This document shows, in pieces, positions 15,227 through 30,260 of a stretch of 64,000 nt of DNA. The DNA comes from Eledone cirrhosa. Lineage: Eukaryota. The notes below the pieces were generated by a model. The model saw only the letters and a list, made by a program, of their open reading frames with translations. It made no database searches and was not told where the DNA came from. Positions within the stretch are counted from its first letter, which is position 1, and each line of letters begins with the position of its first letter. Location of the stretch: the NCBI GenBank assembly GCA_964016885.1, contig OZ024742.1, positions 256,246,001 to 256,310,000 of the forward strand. The letters run 5' to 3'. Position numbers and translations under genes: made by a program.

Positions 15227-16046
15227 TTTTCTATATTGAAAGATGAATAGCTATATTTATATATTGATATATGTCTGTATGTATTTGGGGGTTTAATTAT
15301 CTGTCATTCATATTTGCTTACTATTTAGAAGATACAGACAATCAGCTCTCTAGTTATTGAATTCATAAGCACACATATATATCACTCATTTCTGAGCCAA
15401 TCCTCAATAACATTCCTGTTAACTTCTAAAATGATTCTAGTCATAGTTATCCCCCTTTATCTAATAAATGCATTACTTATTAGTTTTTGTTTATATTATA
15501 TTTTATTCGAATATTTCATATTCTATACTACTTAAGAAATAGCAAAAACATTCTATTTTCAATTCATCTTAGATTTCTGCGACACTGTAATAATTTTTTT
15601 TTTATCTTAATGTTATAACCTATATGGATCAATCCCTTCGTGTGCTCACATTTTAAATATAATATTACATTCTTTTTATCCAAATATTCAATAGCGCTTC
15701 TTACATGGAGACATAATAACTATTAATTGTATAATTGAGTTCACTGAAAATGTAGACATCACTTGCAACATTTCTTTCCGTTTGGGATTGCTTTTCACAA
15801 GGACATCGTATAACATACTACTAACCCTGAAATGTATGATAATTTTAATAAAGGCTAATTACACGCACACACACACCCAGAATATAACAGGTAAGTAGCT
15901 AACTATATTTAAATAATATAAATACATATTTTACTCCGTTCCTGCACCAGCCATGGGAATCAACATAACCGATAGAGTGCTTCTCTTGTTAATACATCAA
16001 GGTTAAATATATCTATGTATCTATCTATCTATCTATATAATAAAGA

Positions 16047-16084
<38 letters not shown>

Positions 16085-16092
<8 letters not shown>

Positions 16093-16720
16093 TATGTATA
16101 GGTACATGCGTATATGTATACAGACGTACAGTAGTATGTATATATATACATACATGCACACATATATATATATGTACGTATGGATTTACCGAGCACTTAT
16201 TATAATGCTCGGTTTGTTTGTAAACAAACAAATGTCCCGAATTAAGCCGTACAGTATTTAGCAACCATCGTTGGCCTTTTGTTCAACACTGACACAGGAA
16301 GGATGTACTAGTTTCAAGCTTATTAGCTATCATCAGCACCGTATACCTTCCTGCCAGATGATTGAACGTCTGAAAGTATATACTTTCCTTATGCATAATA
16401 ACGGCTGAGCACCCTACTTTGCATATCGAGTGAGTTAATCGGCTGGGCGCACCGAAAACGATAAATGGAAAAAATGAAACGAAATTTCATTTTTCACTCT
16501 TAGTACGGCTGTTACTTAAATATAAGTATGTATAAGTACATACATATATGTATACAGACATACAGTAGTATGTATATATATACATACATGCACACATATA
16601 TATATGTACGTATGGATTTACTGAGCACTTATTATAATGCTCGGTTTGTTTGTAACCAAACAACGATAGTTGCTAAACACTGTATGGCTCAATTCGGCTG
16701 TCACAATAGAGGACATTTAT
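16085..16720 (-). mobile_element. hammerhead-bearing non-coding repeat (family Y), partial tandem plus short inverted piece
   Basis: 16090-16230 repeats at 16525-16655, and 16662-16697 is the reverse complement of 16238-16272. Homologous to 43660-44185. Confidence 0.8.
16302..16340 (-). ncRNA. type I minimal hammerhead ribozyme
   Basis: GGUG-CUGAUGA-U-AGCU-aaua-AGCU-U-GAAA-CUAG-UA-CAUC: intact core, palindromic stem III ACUAGU, GUA cleavage triplet. Confidence 0.85.
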
Positions 16721-17389
16721 AGAAATGAGGGAAATAGTAAAACAGCAGATAATTATATCGACTATATTCCAACGAGCAAACATAGAAAAATGACACTGAA
16801 GTAAAGAAAAGTTAAACAGGTAGAACAGGGCAAGAGATATATGGTGTTGTGAAGTCCATTATATGATATTTGAAACAAATCCCGCATGACTAAGTCTTTA
16901 GAAAATGAATTCAAAGAGGACAAACACAGGAAAAAACAGCGGAGGTACGAACAGTGCTATCTGCTCTGTCAACCTCTGGAAATCACTACGGTTTTGGTAA
17001 ATTATGGTTGATACCTTTCAATCCAGTGCACATTGGGACATAACAAAACAGGTTGAAACAAGTTATGCCTTTACACGAATTACACTAATATATTTGAATA
17101 TATATAAATATATTTTAGCGAAGGGGATGATTGAATACGCACGTGTTTTTTTCTGAAAACATAATTTACGTTTTCTCCTTTTCTCACTTTATATATTTCT
17201 ACTTTTTCTTTTACTCTTAATTCTATTCTGATGTAGGACTATTGTTCGAAAGGTTACGACTTTTTCCTACTATATCAAGCGTTAAACTAATATAGTTCTT
17301 CATTGTACCGTGTCGTTTATTTTGTTATTTCTATTTACATACTGCACACGTCCACGCACGCACACAGACATGCAATACCGGTACACACA

Positions 17390-17496
<107 letters not shown>

Positions 17497-20400
17497 CAGA
17501 CAGTGAGTTAATAACGATTGGATAGATAGAGATATAGATAGACACTATTATTTAAATGCGACCGTTTGTAGATGCTGACTGGATAGATAGAGCAAGTGTA
17601 TAGATGTTGATTGAATAGATAGGCCCAGTGTGTAGATGACTGGATGGTCACTTGTATCATTTTTGATTGGATAGATAGATACAATATATATATGTTGGCT
17701 TGATAGATTAAGACGGTGTGTAGACTGTATGATAGATAGAATGCATCGATGTTGACTATATGTTTTCCATAGAAAAGAACGTAGGGATTTTCTGTATTTT
17801 TTATTATATATTTCTAGTTTATGAAAGGTTAAGATATCTAAATAATCCATTATGAAAACATTTTCCAATCTTAGCCCCAAATACACCAAAATACTTTTGC
17901 TCGTTTTACACTCTTACGTGAGTGTCAACGAATATGTTAATCGAACACAGTTCCCTGAAAATAGCCAGTTCAATGATAAATGACGTCATTTATTACTTTC
18001 CTTTTAATGTTTAAAATCTCAGTTGTAATGCATGCGTGCATGGATCCTCAACATCTAATTCAGTGTTACGAACATAGTAATCCTGACTCAGTGCATCCCC
18101 CTCTTGGTTTCTAAACACACTCGAGATTTCTAGAGAAGGTGAGAAAGTGAAATTGTTATAATGGAAAAATAGACTCCAGATATAGACTACAAAGGATGAA
18201 AAGGAAATTTTAGCAAGATAGAATTTGTACCCAGACCGCCAAAATCCGGAACGTATAGTGCGAAGTATTCTATCCAAGGTTCAAGTGACACTACCAATTT
18301 GCCGCCTTCACGCTAGTAATGAAAATGTTCGCATAATTAATTCCTCGTTGATCTTGGTATTCTGAATCTCGTTTCAGCCACAGCATTCAACGATTTGTAA
18401 ACTAGCAATTTGTATCAATAATCATTTATTTAACAGTGATACATATTTAATTACTACTGGAAGTCGATGCTGACTAAGCCAGTATCCTGTGACAGTATGA
18501 CGAACGTTTCTGAAGAGAAAACCGCAGTCTAAAGCAACGGGAAATGAAATGTCTTGCTGAATACAACACGGCAGTTGATCAGGGAATCGAATTGAATAAC
18601 ACACCATTGTGAGTAAAGACACACTACCCAGTTGGTCATACGCCTTCATGTGTAGGCAGTTAAATATATATATATTGTAAATATATAGGAGTTAAAATAG
18701 TGAATTAATCAACGTCTACTGAAAGTAAGTTATTTTAGCAACGAATATGTGTCTTACCCAAAATATATTTGCTAATTAGCAAAAGATTTCTTTGCATAAA
18801 CAAGTTGATTGATACCGAAAAAATTGACAAACCATGTCAAAACTGAAACAATCACTGCCAAAAGAAGGAATATTGATAATCACACACATACACACTCACA
18901 CTCACACACAGACACACATACATATGAAAACAAACCCTCACATACTAACATTGCCACACATACTGACATAGACAGGCACTCAAACACACTGACACACACA
19001 CATACACATGCACTGACACACACAGACACACAAACACACACTGACATACGCACATACTGACACACATACACGCGCACACACATACATGACACAAGCACGA
19101 GCATTTATGTTGAGACAGGCGTGTCAGTGATGAATTTGTAACAATCTGCGGTAACCCATTATTTTTAAATCGCCTGGCTTATTTCATAGGCTGCTTGACT
19201 TATGGCTACAAATTCGTGAGTTCAATTCCCTGAGTGAGCAGCGTCTTGTTTCATTTTGCTTCGGGATCTGTATCGTGAGAAATAAGGTACAGGTATCTCT
19301 AGACAATTGGACGGTAATTTCATGAGGAATTTGATCCCTTGTCTTAGCAAACTGGGGCACTAGATATCGGAAACAGAGGATGCCAATCACAATAACATAT
19401 TCACAGTTGTTAAGCTGCGTGTCTCAGGATCAAGTGCAAACGATTAACAAATCTTGAGCTAATAGTTCAACTTCTTGTTAGGACGATACCTTTAATGTTG
19501 CACATGTCCACCCATTTGGAAATAAAATGATCTTCTACCTGCATTTTACGAACTGGCCTTGTCGCAGACTGCTTCTGGCTGAATCTCTACGAGATATATA
19601 TGCCAAGTTTACACTTGTCTTTAGAATTCTCATCCTAAACATAATGTACCAGTTGCTTGATAAACAAAGTAGCTGATGACTTTATATCATTTATGTGCGC
19701 GGCGGATTATTTTCCCGTTGGTTCTCCAGGGGGTTGGGGAAACCAAAGGGTAGAGCAGTGTACTAATTACCTCTATATGCGCCTGATGCGACACGGCACA
19801 TGGATTGCTGTGATGTTCTTACCTTTCCATTCCTTGATATTATTTATCCTCCCAAGTTTCTTCAGAGATTCTTGTCTTCTTTTCCCCTGAACTGTACCAG
19901 TAAATCAAATTGCCAGCCTTATCCCACTGAATGTTTCTATTTAATCAAAGGGTATATGTGTTTTGGGGATGTTGAGCTACTTTAGCGCCAGGTTCATGTG
20001 CAGGTGTTTCCGTAGAATGATTAACTATAACATTCGTCGTTGAAATCAACGGACATCCGTTGAAGAGAAGATAATTCAATCAGGAAAATTTGGGATGTAA
20101 ATGGATAGATAATGATAATATAGGTCATTTTCTACAGTCGTTCCGGAGAATAAATATTAATGTGGTCGAATTTCAGTTAACTTTGTAATTCCGCTATGTT
20201 GAAATTCTGAGTAATCAATTTGATATCTGACTGCGAGTGTTAGTTAGACAGAGTTATATGTTAAAATCCGACTGTTGTTGAGAATTTCAAATTGAAGACA
20301 ATTAATGGGAAATCCAGATAAGCAAAGGGTTACCGAGATATTTAGGACTTAATTAGTAGCTGCCTCTTCAGTAACGATATCATATTACAATACGTCATGT

Positions 20401-20535
20401 TGGAAATGCTGTTGCTCAGTAGAATGGGGCATTAAAGTTTATAGTTAACAAGTACTTTCATTCTAGTACACAGACAAAGTCGATGTAAGTGTTACCGACA
20501 CAAAGACAGGTTATTTGAAGGTCGCATATATCCAT

Positions 20536-20655
20536 AATTGTTTCTACTTTTGGCACAGGGCCAGCAATAAACCAGTGTATTACTGGTTCTTTATTGTATC
20601 AAGCCCGTAAGGATGAAAGGCAAAGTTAACCTCGTCGGGATTTGAACCCATAATG
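20536..20655 (-). mobile_element. partial SINE family 1
   Basis: Matches the SINE core and tail. Confidence 0.8.
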
Positions 20656-21215
20656 AAAGACAAAAATCTATACGTTCGTGACCGTATATTATAAGAAGCC
20701 GTAGTGAAAGTCGAGGCAATTTCTGACATCACTAAATTGGAGGAATTCATATAATTGCAGAATGAATGATGAATATATATGCAGAAATAAATGTATTTAT
20801 GTCGGTTTTCATGATGAATTAACTATTTGTTTTCTTTTTTCTATAAACGGACCAGTCTACTCGTAAAAATAATCTGCAAGTAGCTGAGAAGTCCAGCGAT
20901 ATGAATCCCCTTAAATGAATGTGTAATATACATTGTAAGTGGATGTGACATAGCTGCCTCTTTGAATTACTGATACGGTCTATTGCACAGTCTTATGAAA
21001 AGATTCCCTTTCCCAAATTTCACTAAAAAAACATGGGTTGACCTGAGTTTATGTTAAATGACATTTGCCCATGATGCCACGCAATGGAGTCAAACCCGAG
21101 TTCTAGTGGCAGCAAAGAAAAATGCTTAACAATTTGCTTATATTTTATCCATACACACGCACACATACACACACACACGCACACACACATACACACACAC
21201 GCACACACACATACG

Positions 21216-21247
<32 letters not shown>

Positions 21248-21258
21248 GTATTAGCCTA

Positions 21259-21945
21259 TGGTAGACTGGCAGTATCGGTAGAGCGTCAGTCACCATGCTT
21301 TGCTGCATAGAGTTATGGTTCTTTACGTTCTGAGTTCAAATCCCGCTGATATTATTTTTGCCTTTCATCCTTACGGGGTGGATAAAATAAAGTACCAGTA
21401 ATGCACTGGGAGAATCGCTGGCCTTGTGCCAAAAGTAGAAACAATCATTATTTATTATAATTACTATTATTATTATTTGTTATTATTAATACGCTAGAAG
21501 GGCAGTTGATAGGCAGTATCAATAGAGCGTTAGACACCATGCTTTGTCACATAGACTTATGGCCCTTTACTTTCTAAGTTCAAATCACACCGAGGCTAGC
21601 TTTGCCTTTCATCCTTATGGGGTAGATAAAATAAAGCACCATTGATGCACTAAGGTCGATGTAACCGATTTTCCGCTTCCCAAATTGATAGTCTTGTGCC
21701 TATAGTAGAATTCATTATTAATACGATTGAATGACAGAGTCAGTGGAGCGTCGGACAAAAGCCTTTGCGGCATATTTTTACCACCTTCAGTTCTGAGTTC
21801 AAATCCCGCCGGGTCTCGATTTGTCTTTCATTTGTACACGGTCGTTGAAACAAAGTGCTAGTTGCGGCCTGGGGACAATTTCATCGACATTCATCACCCC
21901 CAATATGGTTGGTCGTGAGCTTAAATCAGCAAATAGTATTGTTAC
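21259..21945 (+). mobile_element. three tandem SINE family 1 copies (about 21259-21445, 21499-21720, 21725-21945)
   Basis: Each has a GGCAGTATC/GACAGAGTC A-box-like head and a (G/A)AGTTCAAATC B-box. The first two also keep the GCCTTTCATCC core, which is decayed in the third. Copies end in ATT repeats. Confidence 0.85.
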
Positions 21946-22578
21946 TTATTATTATCAAATACCAGTAACGCACTCACTTCGATTTAATCAATTTTTCTGT
22001 TCCCCCAAATAGCTGGCCATTTGTCTATAGCAGAAATCATTATTGTTCTTTTTTTTAAAATTGTTATACATGTTTAATCATATTACTGTTATTAATATTT
22101 TACATATATGGTAGCTGGAAATTATTCAGCTATTGAATATACTTCTGCTGATATTTTTTATAGCAAGAATTTGTTCTTCCTACTGACGTACTTCTCATTG
22201 CATTACTTTCGCTCACCTCAACATAATATTTTCACGTGCTACCGTTATATCTATTTTTTAAAGACATTTGGTTGAAATTTGTGTTTTACAGTTTACATCT
22301 ACGTCGGCAGATTGTTAATTTCAAATAATCCTATGCTTCAGACGATCCTACTTTTTAAATCTACACACATATATATATAGATGCTTTTTTATGAAGGTGT
22401 CGTAGTGAAGAAGGAGCTACTGTTGAGCAGGGCAGGATTCAATTGTTTCAATTCAAATAGAAAATGCTCTTACCGTTTATAATAATGGCCCAGACGTCAT
22501 TTTTTATGTACGTGTGTGTAGGCCGGGTTCAATTGTTCGGGTTTTGGAAAAGAGTAGATATTGAGTTCTTAATTTGTA

Positions 22579-22611
<33 letters not shown>

Positions 22612-23086
22612 CATCTTGTAGTGAGAGATCAACATTATGTTTAGGGTTTGCAGATAAAAATATAAATGTACATAAAATATATAGGTATAAATATGATTGA
22701 AATCGGCCCTTTGTGGTGAGCAGAGGCTGGTTTCCTGGAGGATTTATAAAAAGGAGAAAGGGGAGAAAAACATAATAATGTTAATAATAATAATTATAAA
22801 TTAAATAAACAAATAATGAACATAAAAAAATAAATAAATAAACAAGAGAGAAATGAAGGAAGAAAAGGAAGGAAAATATTTTAGTAGATGTCTCCTTTGT
22901 GTTATGACCTTTCATTTTATCTTGTGTGTGTGAGCTTGTGTGTGCGTGAACTTGTGTGTGTTTGTGGTTGTAAATGATTGCAAACAGATGTGTATGCATT
23001 GGTTATTCCCTTCTATAGATTACTATTAATTTGATAATGGGAAAAGATATATTTAATTGAGGTGTGTATTTCTTAATGAATTGTTT

Positions 23087-23420
23087 TTATTTATTTATTC
23101 TCTGTTGTTGAGTGTGAGACTGAGAATTTGTAGTGGGAACATTTTTAGGGTGGGTATGTGTTTTCATTGTGTTTTCATTGCGGATTTGTTGCCGGTATAT
23201 GATAATTCTTTTGCGTAATGAAATTCCCGTATGTTCTATATAGTTTTGCAAACACCTACAGCATGTAACATATAGATCTTCTAATCTGAAGACTTGTCCA
23301 TTCTTGAAAGTGAATTCTGCTCCTTCAATTTGGTATAAGCAGGTACGACAATTTGTTCTCCCGCAGTTTATAACTCTGGGGTGGGAGATTTGTATGTGGG
23401 TTTTTGTTCCAGTAAGGATA
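23087..23420 (-). pseudogene. Penelope-like GIY-YIG endonuclease relic
   Basis: CGRTNCRTC...YVTCCRCLQNYIEHTGISLRKRIIIYRQQIR parallels CNDNRCGTC...YCIKCPNCEELYVGQTGNALSERARVHRQQIR. Confidence 0.75.
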
Positions 23421-23561
23421 AGGCTTGGGCTGTTTTGTATATATACATTCATACACACACACACACGCATATATATATAGATATATCTATATATATATGC
23501 CTGTGTGTGTGTGTATATATATGTGTATTGTAAATTGTGACTCAGCGTTCTCGATCATATT

Positions 23562-23950
23562 ATTGTTTCTACGTTAGGCACAAGGCCAGCAAATTACCCA
23601 GTGCATTACTGGTACTTTATTTTATCGACTCCGTAAGTATGAAAGGCAAAGTTAACCTCGATCATATAATGCTGCATATTATATGTTCCACTGAAAGACT
23701 AACGCAACTTTATGAAGAGGACAAGAAAACACACTTCGATCTTCCGACGTGGAAGAGGCTCCTATCAGAAGAAACCGTCACCGAATCATCATTTTTCTTA
23801 CCTGTTGTACAAACCTGGCTGGAAACAGAACACTGCACAAACATTCTAAACGTTCTATAGTGTGATGAAATAATTGTTTCTATAGTTGGTACAAGGCCAG
23901 CAATTATCTCAGTGTATTACTGGTACTTTATTTTATCGACCCCGAAGGAT
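23562..23950 (-). mobile_element. two partial SINE family 1 copies (about 23562-23660 and 23871-23950)
   Basis: CAAGGCCAGCAA...ATTACTGGTACTTTATTTTATCGAC core. Confidence 0.8.
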
Positions 23951-24229
23951 AGTGTTATAAAATAATACATATGAATAAGCCTTAGATGACGAACATCATT
24001 AAGTAATGTCAGTTTCATTAGGAGATTAAACGCCTCCATCCCTTTGAAGGAAAAATAAAAACAAACGAGTCTATAAATCCTGGAAAATTGTAAGTCCGGT
24101 ATTGAAAAATAAAAAAAAACAAACAAAAAATCACAATGGATTGACACTCCAAATTCACTAAACTCCTTTTACTTTGCTCCACTTTTCAAATTAAATGACA
24201 CGACGGTTCAGTTATATTCAAATATAAAA

Positions 24230-26135
24230 CTGGGTGGGGAGTTTAGTCCGGTGCAACTGGATGTCAGCGTTGCCGGTGGCTGTGAGGGGGCCGCTCATTC
24301 AACCAGGCAGTTCTTCAAGAGCTACCCATCGTAACCGGCATCCAGGGACTCCAGGCGCCTCATTGTCAAGCTTGACATGAGGAATGCCTTCAACTCTTTA
24401 CGCCCGGATCATTTTCTCGAGGCCTGCCCCAACCTGGCCCCCTCTGCCTACGCGCTGGCCTACCTGTCATATGGAGCCCCGAGCATGCTCCTTGCTGCTG
24501 ATACGGTCATACCCTCGGCATACTGGGGTTCAATAGCACCACCCTTTGGGACCCCTCCTGTTTGCCCTTGGTATTGACCACATCGCCCGGAGTATCATGG
24601 CCCCTCTCAACGTTTGGTATCTGGATGATGCTACGCTGGGCGGGCCCGTACGGACGGTCTGCCATGATCTTCAATCGATGGTATCTGCCCTGGCGGGAAT
24701 CGGCATCCAAGTCAACTCGGTCAAGTCGGATGTGGTGAATGTCAGCCTCGATGCTCCGAGCTTTGCAGCCTCCTTCTTGGACGTGCGGTCCATCTCCGCC
24801 AGGTTCAGGTGACACCCAAGGAGGATGTCCTCATCCTCGTGTCACCCATCCACCCGCCAGCCATCCGCTCCACCATCAGGTCCAGGCTTCAACAGCTCCA
24901 GCCTCTCACGAGCCGACTGGGCTTGATTGACGGACACCCAGTTCTCTTTCTGCTGAGGAACTGCTTCGCCATGCCGAAGGTCTTCCATACACTCCGCAGC
25001 GCTCCGTGCTACACACAGACATTTCTCCTCGCTGACCTCGATACTTGAAACGTCCTCGAGAAGATATGAAACGTCAAGTTTGACGACATAGGATGGCAGT
25101 AGGCCACTTTACCTGTCAGGTATGACGGCCTTGGACTCCGGGCCCCGATCTGACTAGCTTTGCCGGCGTAACTTTCGTCGGTATCCTCGTGTCGCGTCCT
25201 CGTCAGCAGGATTCTTCAAAACACAACATAATCATCTGTGTTCAGAGAACGTGAGGTCACCTGGGAGACGTGGGACCGGATGGGACTTAGCCCAGTAGAC
25301 GTCACTCCTCCTTCTCCCCTGATGACGTCAGGTCACCCCGACGCACGTGGGATGCCATCCAGTGCATCCTGGCTTCAGACAGGCGCACGCTCCAGCTCGA
25401 CCAGCACCGCCTTGCTTGTTTTCGTGCGGCCTCCAAACCCCACATTGGTGCCTGGCTCCATGCCCTGCCCTCCTTCTCCACTGGCACGCAGCTAGACAAC
25501 CATAGCCTGCGCATGGGCGTTTCCCTGAGGCTCGGCCTCCGGATCTGCCAGCCAAACCAATGTCGCTGCGGTTCCACCGTGGACCCTTTCGGCCTCCACC
25601 CGCTTTCCTGTCCCCACAGTGCGGGCCGCATTCCACGCCATGCTGCCCTCCACGAGGTCATTAAGCATGGCTTGGACGCTGCAGGCTTCCCTTCTCAGCT
25701 CAAGCCGGTGGGGCTGGATCGAGGGGACAGCAAAAGGCCAGATGGCATGACCATCTTCCCGTTCCGCGGTGGCAAACCCCTCGTCTGTGCTGCAACTTGC
25801 ACCGACACTTTCTGAAGCTGCAACCTGGTGCAGTCTCCGACTGACCCAGATTCTGCTGCACGTCGGGCTGAGGGGGCCAAACTCCTGAAATACCGGTCGC
25901 TCTTCGACAGGTTTGCGGTCGTACCCCTGGCAGTGGAGACTTCTGGTGTCCTCGGCCCAGGGCTACCTCCTTACTCACCACCACAGGCACTGAGCGGGCC
26001 AGCTGCAGGTGTGAGCCTAACCAGTTGGAGTGGCTTGTCCAGCGCGTCTCCCTCGCCGTCCACCGGGGAAACGCCTTCTCCGCTCTGTCCGCCGGGGCTG
26101 TCGGTGGGCCTCATCGCGTACTGTTGTAGTTGTTG
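24230..26135 (+). mobile_element. 5'-truncated CRE-like non-LTR retrotransposon (RT, Zn finger, RLE), frameshifted
   Basis: PVQL..VAGGCEGAAH, LDMRNAFNS, GPLLFAL, WYLDDATL, CRCG...H...C, RH and KRPDG motifs. GC-rich island with a TGT/TAG-repeat tail. Confidence 0.88.
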
Positions 26136-26289
26136 TATACAGATATTAACTCATGTAACTATATATACCCATATGAATTCTACACTTTATGAAGATAGGA
26201 ACCACATTAACATCGGATCACTGCTTGTGAGTTTAATAACAAAATAACATACTGGATATTGCAATATAGTTACATTACAATTGAGCAAC

Positions 26290-28598
26290 TGAGTAATAAA
26301 AGTGTCATACGTCTGTTTCAGCAACACATTCGGAAAACAATTCTAGAATACAACATCAAACTCCAGCTCGTAGAAAATATGACATTTCAATCTCCAGAAC
26401 CCTGACAATTCAACCAGCTTTGAAGCAAAAATAAGCCAGGGACTTAATTCTAATTCAGTTAACGATCAATTTGTTGATGAAGAATGGAGTACAAGGCCGA
26501 AGATCCCGACTGAAATATAAACATATTAAGAAGCTAAAACAGGAATGTCAAACAAAATTAAGAAAACAGCAGATCACCTGGTGGCATCAAAAATCAGTCG
26601 AAGCTCAGTGCTATGAACATGCACGTGATCTTAGAAATTACTAAACTGGAACGAAGCGACGTTTTGGACCGGTACGAATAACAACTGGATCCCTTCTAAT
26701 AGCTGACAATATGAACATACTGACTGATCCACAAGACATACTCCTACAGTGGAAGGAACATTTTCCACCATCCTAAATGGAATCTGAAATACACCTGAGG
26801 ACATGCTGGGAAACGTTGCAAATCTCCCTCCTCATCTGTGGATTAACATGAGGCCTACTTTTGAATAATTGAAGCTAGCTAGGAAGCAAATGAAAGATGA
26901 AAGTTGTCCCCATGCCCAGATACAATCCCTTTCAAACTTATCAACCATGGAGGCTTACTCTTGCACACTCGCATTTCCAGCCTCATTTGGAAGATGTGGG
27001 AATCCTAACAACTTTCTAAAGATCTGACAGATGCACTCAACATAATAATCTTCCAAGAAGTTTACCGAACAGCCTAAGGGAACTATGGAGGAATATCATT
27101 ACTCACGGGAAATGTCCTTGTCAGGATCTTTTTAAATGAGCTCCGGACCTTCACCGAAAACTTTCAAACATAAACTCAATGTGGATTCCATGCTCCGCGT
27201 GGTACAATCGACATAATTGTCTGTGCATATCAACTTCAAAAGAAAAACCATTGAACTACATAACCCACTTTTCTTTGTTTACTCTTGCTTGGAAAAAGGC
27301 TTTTGATAGCGTTCCAAGAACCGCTATTCGGATATCTCGACTACTTTGTTCCTATGCTACCTCAAGCAATGCATGGGATTATGGCACGGCTGGATGTATA
27401 TTCCGCCAGAAGACGCTGTCAGATGAATTTCAATTCACCTCCGGACTAAAAGAAGGATGCGTCTTTGCACGTACGGTATTGGCCTTGTATCTAGCTGCAA
27501 TACTTCACTAACCTTCTCCAAACAATCCAGGAGTTTACATCATATATCTATATCGATACGCAGAAGGGTTTTCAATCCTAATAGACTTCAAAATAGTTGT
27601 CTAACGAACTCAGCATGTATCAAAATTTTAATATGCTGATGACAACGCTGCCTTCTGTTATTCAAAATAATAATCTCTAACAGTCTCTGAACAAATCTTC
27701 TCTGGCCTACAATCAATTTGGCCATATTGATCATCCTGTTGGACTTACAATGGACATCTGGAAAACGAGAGTCCTTGCGCCGACAGCCCCAAATACCATC
27801 TTCCAGAGTATGATATTACAATCTCTAATAAATCTCTCTAATGTATAAAGCATTTTGTAGATCTAGAAAGCTTTTTATAAAACATGTGCACCTCAGAAAA
27901 TGTTGTGGAACACAGATTTGGAGATGCATACAGAGCATTTGTGAAGCTAATGAAATGCAACTTCAACCTCAAAGATCTGAACTCCACAACACAAGTTATA
28001 GCCTTTTCAACCTTGATAAATGGCAGCGAAATCTGGAATCTATATCGCCAAGATATCCAAACGTTAGATTGCTTTCACCAGAACAATATTCATTCAGTAT
28101 TGAACATGAAAGGGGAATATTATGTGACCAACGACAAAGACCTGGAAAGGGACAACAATCAAAGCATCGAATCGCTAATCAAGAAACACCATCGTTGATG
28201 ATCAGCTCATGAAATAAGAATGGAAGAATCAAGATTTCCATGTCAAGGCTTATAGAGTGAGTTCATTTCAGGGACAAGACCACGGGGTTGCTCTCTTGGA
28301 AGTTATAAGGACCAAATCAAATCAACAGTGACAGCCACAATACTTTAGCCTAAAATGTTTTAAACACAACATAGTGACCGTATCAACTGGTGGTGTTCGA
28401 TCACAATCGGAACCAAAAACATAAGCCATGAGATAGAAAAGGAAGAAAAGAAACGACAAGTTAGAAAGGTTCAACAAAATCAATTTAATCCGCCACAAAA
28501 GTTATCATGCAAGCAATGTCATTGACTGTTTCATGCAACTTATTCATCGACGCCATCCCCATATAGATTATCTCCTCATATTTGAGATAACGCCAACG
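26290..28598 (+). mobile_element. degenerate RTE-clade LINE
   Basis: LLQWKEHF, QCGF, KKAFDSVPR, GLKEGCVFA, YADD (27634) and the C-terminal LINGSEIW...LDCFHQ motifs, spread across broken frames. Confidence 0.8.
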
Positions 28599-29040
28599 AT
28601 ATATATATATATATATATACATATATTGGAAAATGTGTAAGATCCTTGGTGTAGTTAGGTATATTTGAAAAAGAGGAAAATAATGACTTCAGTTGTAGTT
28701 CTAAATAATTTGATTTCATTTTATAATATTATAATATTATCTACCAACTCATAATATTATAATATTATAAAATCAAATCAAATTATTTAGAACTACAACT
28801 GAAGTCATTATTTCCCTTTTTTTTTCAAATATACCTAACTGTACCAAGGATCTTACACATTTTCCAATATATATATATACATATATATATATATATCGTT
28901 GGCGTTACCTCGAATACGAGGAGATAATTTGATTTAATTTTATAATATTATGAGTTGGTAGATAATATTATAATATAAAATTAAATCAAATTATTTAGAA
29001 CTACAAGTGAAGTCATTATTTTCTTTTTTTTCAAATATAT
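28567..29040. repeat. about 360 bp palindrome (28567-28928) plus a third partial copy
   Basis: Arms mirror around the loop CTACCAACTC (28741-28750) and include the LINE 3' end and a (TA)n tract. 28925-29040 repeats the centre in inverted form. Confidence 0.9.
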
Positions 29041-29045
29041 ATATA

Positions 29046-29490
29046 TGGTGGCTGCCAACTCGTTTTCGAGTACGGCCACTACTTTATATCCATGTAGGAG
29101 AACCCCTACTGATGCGCTGAACGAGTGTGACTTTTTAGTCCAGCCAGCGACTTGAAAACTCTGGTACAAACACTACACTTGTGACGATTATTGACACATA
29201 GTGCTGGGCCCATGGTACCATGTGACGACAAGTGCAGAGAGATCTCCAGATATAAAGCAATGCCTGTGCTGTGAAGCTTTTATAGTGAGCAAAGGCACTG
29301 CACAAAGCCAGTCCCACTCTCTTAACCAGGATGATATTTACCAAAAAGAAGAATAAGTCAACATCATTGGATACCATCAGGGTTGCAGGTGTTATATCAG
29401 AGTTTTCCTTCTCCTAGAATTCTGCCTTGACAAAGGCTAAAGGGTCATCTCTCCCGGTGATTTCGGATGGCCATTGACTCTTAAGAGCTC
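29046..29490 (-). mobile_element. non-autonomous RTE-related element (copy 1)
   Basis: Reverse complement of about 42040-42456. The two 80-aa pseudo-ORFs (29135-29377 and 42125-42367) are near identical. Confidence 0.75.
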
Positions 29491-29580
29491 ATTTATACTG
29501 TATATATCACGATAAATTAACGGAGCCATAGTCTCTCGTTATTCCCTCAAAGGAAAAGGAATCCTGAGCTCTTTAAAATA

Positions 29581-29858
<278 letters not shown>

Positions 29859-30020
29859 TGTATATATATATATTGGTCCCTAAATAGGTGTGCTTATAAG
29901 TTTGGTATAATAAGGCTATCATTTCTAGCATATTCACTCACACCACATCAAACGTCAACGCACGAGGTGAGATATTCATTCGTGTCGATAGTAGTTACAC
30001 CTGTTTGTTCCATTTGATCT

Positions 30021-30111
30021 TATCTCTCGCTGAGGAAAGCCTGCGGATTATCTGTTATAAACACAATTTTCAGGCCGAAACCGATTAAATCTTTAACCTG
30101 TCCGAGAGATA
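30021..30111 (+). ncRNA. type I hammerhead ribozyme
   Basis: 9-bp stem I UAUCUCUCG/CGAGAGAUA, CUGAGGA, stem II GCCUG...CAGGC, GAAA, partly decayed stem III, GUC triplet at 30100-30102. Confidence 0.8.
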
Positions 30112-30260
30112 GTTATTGATACGGTCTCTATATATATCTTTTTTTTTATTATACATCTTACGTATGCTTCGGGTTAAATCTTTCAAACTAATGTGGTATT
30201 TCCACCCTCGTAATTTTAGACACACAATGTACTTTGTGTATTTCTACATATATTATTATA

